Below are positions 61,414 through 64,000 of a stretch of DNA of 64,000 bases, piece after piece. A program made the translations under genes and the position numbers. How positions within the stretch are numbered: the stretch's first letter is position 1; the number at the start of each line of letters is the position of its first letter. Below the pieces are notes generated by a model that worked only from the letters and a program-made list of their open reading frames with translations, had not been told where the DNA came from and did not search any database. Source of the stretch: an uncultured Collinsella sp. (GTDB taxonomy: Bacteria > Actinomycetota > Coriobacteriia > Coriobacteriales > Coriobacteriaceae); NCBI GenBank assembly GCA_900548365.1, contig URKM01000002.1, positions 47,050 through 111,049 of the forward strand. The letters are read 5' to 3'.

Positions 61414-63132
61414 CTAGCCCAGGATGTCGAGCATCTGGCCCAGGCTCTTCTTGCCAAAGGAGATGCGCTCGGCACCACCGCGCTCGACCACCACGCACGG
61501 CACGCTCATGGCGTTGTAGCGCTCGCGCAGCTCGGGGAAGCGGGCGATGTCGTACACGTGCGCGGCGACGCGGGGGCAATCCGCCGCGATGCGCTGGGCG
61601 GACACGACCGTCTCGGGGCACATGGTGCAGGAAAGCGAGACGAGAACCTTTATGGAGATCTCATCGTCGACAGCCGCGATGCGCTCGGCATCCTCCCGTG
61701 CGATGGGCTGACCGGGCCCCGCGGCGTTATAGAGGCCCAAGACGAAGCTTGTGAACTCGTGTCCGCCGGGTACGCCGTGAAACGCCAGGCCCAACGGATT
61801 CCCCGCCGCATCGCACACCTCCACAAAGGGAAGCCCCTCGTCCTCGGACGCGCCCGGCGCCGCGCTCGACGCCTCCTCCAAGCCCAGCTTGTCCGTCAGA
61901 TCGCAGAGCGCCTCCATGTAGGCGCGAAGCTCGGATGAGACGTCGGATCCATCCAGATGCAGGCGCAGCACCAGCGAGCGCTCCATGCGGGTGAACACGG
62001 TATCCAGCTGGGCGAGCACGGCATCGTCGAATAGCGTCGGGGATGCGGGTCCGCTCGCCGCTCGGTCCGTCGGCTTCTGCGGTCCGTCCCGGCCCGGATC
62101 CCCCTTGGGGCCCGCTGCGGACGCCGCCGCGTCCGCTTTGCTGCCCGTGCCGGGACGGCCGGCCGGCTGCGCGGGCACGAGACCGGTGCGTTCCTGGGCG
62201 GACTTGAGATAGCGCTCCATATCGGTCGCGGTCTGCGCCGCCTGGCCCACCGCGGTGGCGACCTGGCGCAAGCCCTTCACGCACACGTCGCCCGCCGCGA
62301 ACAGGCCGTCGGCAGAGGTCATCTGACGATGGTCCGTGATGACGTAGCCCGCGTCATCGAGGTCGGCTATCCCCCGGACCAGCTGCGTCGCGGGCGCGTA
62401 GCCCACGAAGACGAAGATGCCGAAGGTGTCGCCGTCCGCGGCGTGATAGGCCCCCTCCTCGCCGGTCTTGAGATTGCGGTAGCGCAGGGAGCGCAGCGCG
62501 GTATCTCCCGCGGCCTCCACCACCTCGGTGTTGTAGAGCACGGTGATCTTCTCGTTGCACTTCGCCTCCTCTGCCGCTGCCGGGGCGCAGGTGAAATCAT
62601 CCTCGCGCACCAACACGGTGACGCGGCGCGCGTACTTGGTGAGAAAGACGCTCTCCTCGGCGGCAGCGAAACCGCCGCCGATCACGAAGACGTCCTTATC
62701 GGTGAAGAACTCGCCATCGCACGTCGCGCAGTAGGCGACGCCGTGGCCGCGGAACTCCTCTTCGCCGGCAAAGCCGACGCTGCGGGGGCTGGCGCCCGTG
62801 GCGAGCAGCGCCGCGAAGCATGCGATCTCCCCCTTGGAGGTCATAACCCGCTTGACGTCCCCGTCCAGGTCGAACCCCGTCACCTCGGCGAGCATGAACT
62901 CGGCGCCGAACGCCTCCGCCTGCCTGCGCATGGTATCGGTGAGCTCGCTGCCGCTCGCGGAGTACACGCCGGGATAGTTCACCACCTCATCCGTGATGGT
63001 TATCTGGCCGCCGAAGCGATCCTTCTCCACCACCAGCACGCGGTAGCGCGCGCGTGCGAGGTAGATGGCCGCGGTCAGGCCGGCAGGCCCCCCGCCGATG
63101 ACGACGGCGTCGTAGAGCTTGTCGATGTCCAT
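61414..63132 (-). CDS. AhpF-like reductase: thioredoxin-reductase module plus C-terminal thioredoxin-like domains
   Basis: GGGPAG, YCATCDG, FAAGDV; C-terminal GVPGGHEFTSFVL and SLSCTMCP; downstream of ahpC. Confidence 0.9.
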   Translation of the reverse strand: MDIDKLYDAVVIGGGPAGLTAAIYLARARYRVLVVEKDRFGGQITITDEVVNYPGVYSASGSELTDTMRRQAEAFGAEFMLAEVTGFDLDGDVKRVMTSKGEIACFAALLATGASPRSVGFAGEEEFRGHGVAYCATCDGEFFTDKDVFVIGGGFAAAEESVFLTKYARRVTVLVREDDFTCAPAAAEEAKCNEKITVLYNTEVVEAAGDTALRSLRYRNLKTGEEGAYHAADGDTFGIFVFVGYAPATQLVRGIADLDDAGYVITDHRQMTSADGLFAAGDVCVKGLRQVATAVGQAAQTATDMERYLKSAQERTGLVPAQPAGRPGTGSKADAAASAAGPKGDPGRDGPQKPTDRAASGPASPTLFDDAVLAQLDTVFTRMERSLVLRLHLDGSDVSSELRAYMEALCDLTDKLGLEEASSAAPGASEDEGLPFVEVCDAAGNPLGLAFHGVPGGHEFTSFVLGLYNAAGPGQPIAREDAERIAAVDDEISIKVLVSLSCTMCPETVVSAQRIAADCPRVAAHVYDIARFPELRERYNAMSVPCVVVERGGAERISFGKKSLGQMLDILG

Positions 63133-63262
63133 TGGTTGCTCCTTCGATTTCGACCGGGATCGCGCGTCCATCGGATCAGCCATCCCGGAAAAAAGCCGCG
63201 GTGGTACGGGAAACCCCACCACCGCGGCCCTCTTGATATGCTTGTTATCCCCCTTGGGGTCC

Positions 63263-63826
63263 TTAGAGCTGGCCCACCAGGTCGAGGGAGGGCTTCAGCG
63301 TCTCCGCGCCGGGCTGCCACTTGGCGGGGCACACCTCGTCGCCGTGCTCGGCCACGAACTGAGCGGCCTGGAGCAGGCGGAGCAGCTCGTCGGCGTTACG
63401 GCCAATGCCGCCGGCGTTCACCTGGTACACCTGGATCTTGCCCGCGGGGTCGACGATGAAGGCGCCGCGCTCCGCCAGGCCGTTCTCCTCGATGAGGACC
63501 TCGAAGTCCCGCGACAGCGCATGCGTGGGATCGGCGAGCATGGGGTAGCCCACCTTGCCGATGCGCTCGGACGTCTCATGCCAAGCCTTATGGGTGAAAT
63601 GGGTGTCGGTGGAGACGGAGTACACCTCGCAGCCCGCCGCGGAGAACTCAGCGTACTTGTTCGCCAGATCCTCGAGCTCGGTGGGGCAGACGAAGGTGAA
63701 GTCGGCGGGATAGAAGAAGAACAGCGACCACGAACCCAAGACGTCGGCCTTGGTAACGGTGCGGAACTCGTTGTTCTGATATGCCTGGACGGAGAAATCA
63801 GCGATCTCCTTGCCGATAAGGGACAT
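63263..63826 (-). CDS. ahpC: Alkyl hydroperoxide reductase subunit C
   Basis: FYPADFTFVCPTEL, VCPAKW, PSLDLVG. Confidence 0.97.
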   Translation of the reverse strand: MSLIGKEIADFSVQAYQNNEFRTVTKADVLGSWSLFFFYPADFTFVCPTELEDLANKYAEFSAAGCEVYSVSTDTHFTHKAWHETSERIGKVGYPMLADPTHALSRDFEVLIEENGLAERGAFIVDPAGKIQVYQVNAGGIGRNADELLRLLQAAQFVAEHGDEVCPAKWQPGAETLKPSLDLVGQL

Positions 63827-63874
63827 AGGAACCTCCTTAATCAACGCGTTGCGTTCTTATTGGTACTGGGTCCT

Positions 63875-63902
63875 ATTATGGGTTGAAGAATAGAGATGTC
63901 AA
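63875..63902 (-). promoter_or_regulatory. Candidate sigma-A promoter of ahpCF
   Basis: Minus strand TTGACA, 16-bp spacer, CATAAT. Confidence 0.6.
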
Positions 63903-64000
63903 GCAGAATCTTGTCGATGAGACGAAAATCTGATGAAATGTACCTGTACCTATATCGCATGCGGGAAAACGAGAGAAAGGGGCGCCATGAGCGTGCAAAG

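Overview
This is a high-GC bacterial chromosomal segment. Gene content, codon style and Gram-positive-type LexA boxes suggest a gut Coriobacteriia member (Collinsella/Enorma-like; inference). It is mostly housekeeping and metabolic. Contents in order: a secreted coiled-coil/lysozyme-like wall hydrolase; a lysine-riboswitch-led lysA-dapA-dapB-dapH operon with a divergent M20 deacetylase; ldh; a fructose-family PTS locus; nadE; ettA; tcdA-tatD; a fructoselysine-type catabolic locus (GntR, YfcC-family transporter, frlB, frlD); pgi; an SOS-boxed Y-family polymerase/YolD cassette; ilvA and a T-box-like leader before ilvDBNC; an ARG-boxed amino-acid ABC transporter; nfo, ade, rnhA and ahpCF. The most notable items are: (i) the frl locus has a YfcC/ArcD-type carrier where FrlA/ABC/PTS transporters usually sit, a candidate fructoselysine:lysine antiporter; (ii) a degenerate T-box leader that lacks the canonical T-box core; (iii) a 223-bp MITE-like element with 29-bp terminal inverted repeats; (iv) a LOTUS/OST-HTH-like orphan protein; (v) a MerR-type 19-bp-spacer promoter with repeated motifs before the wall hydrolase; (vi) several decay events (SRAP remnant, internally deleted SGNH hydrolase, likely stop-loss in an Fe-ADH). 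I saw no rRNA, tRNA, CRISPR array, prophage or transposase. All family assignments come from motif recognition by eye, not database searches.
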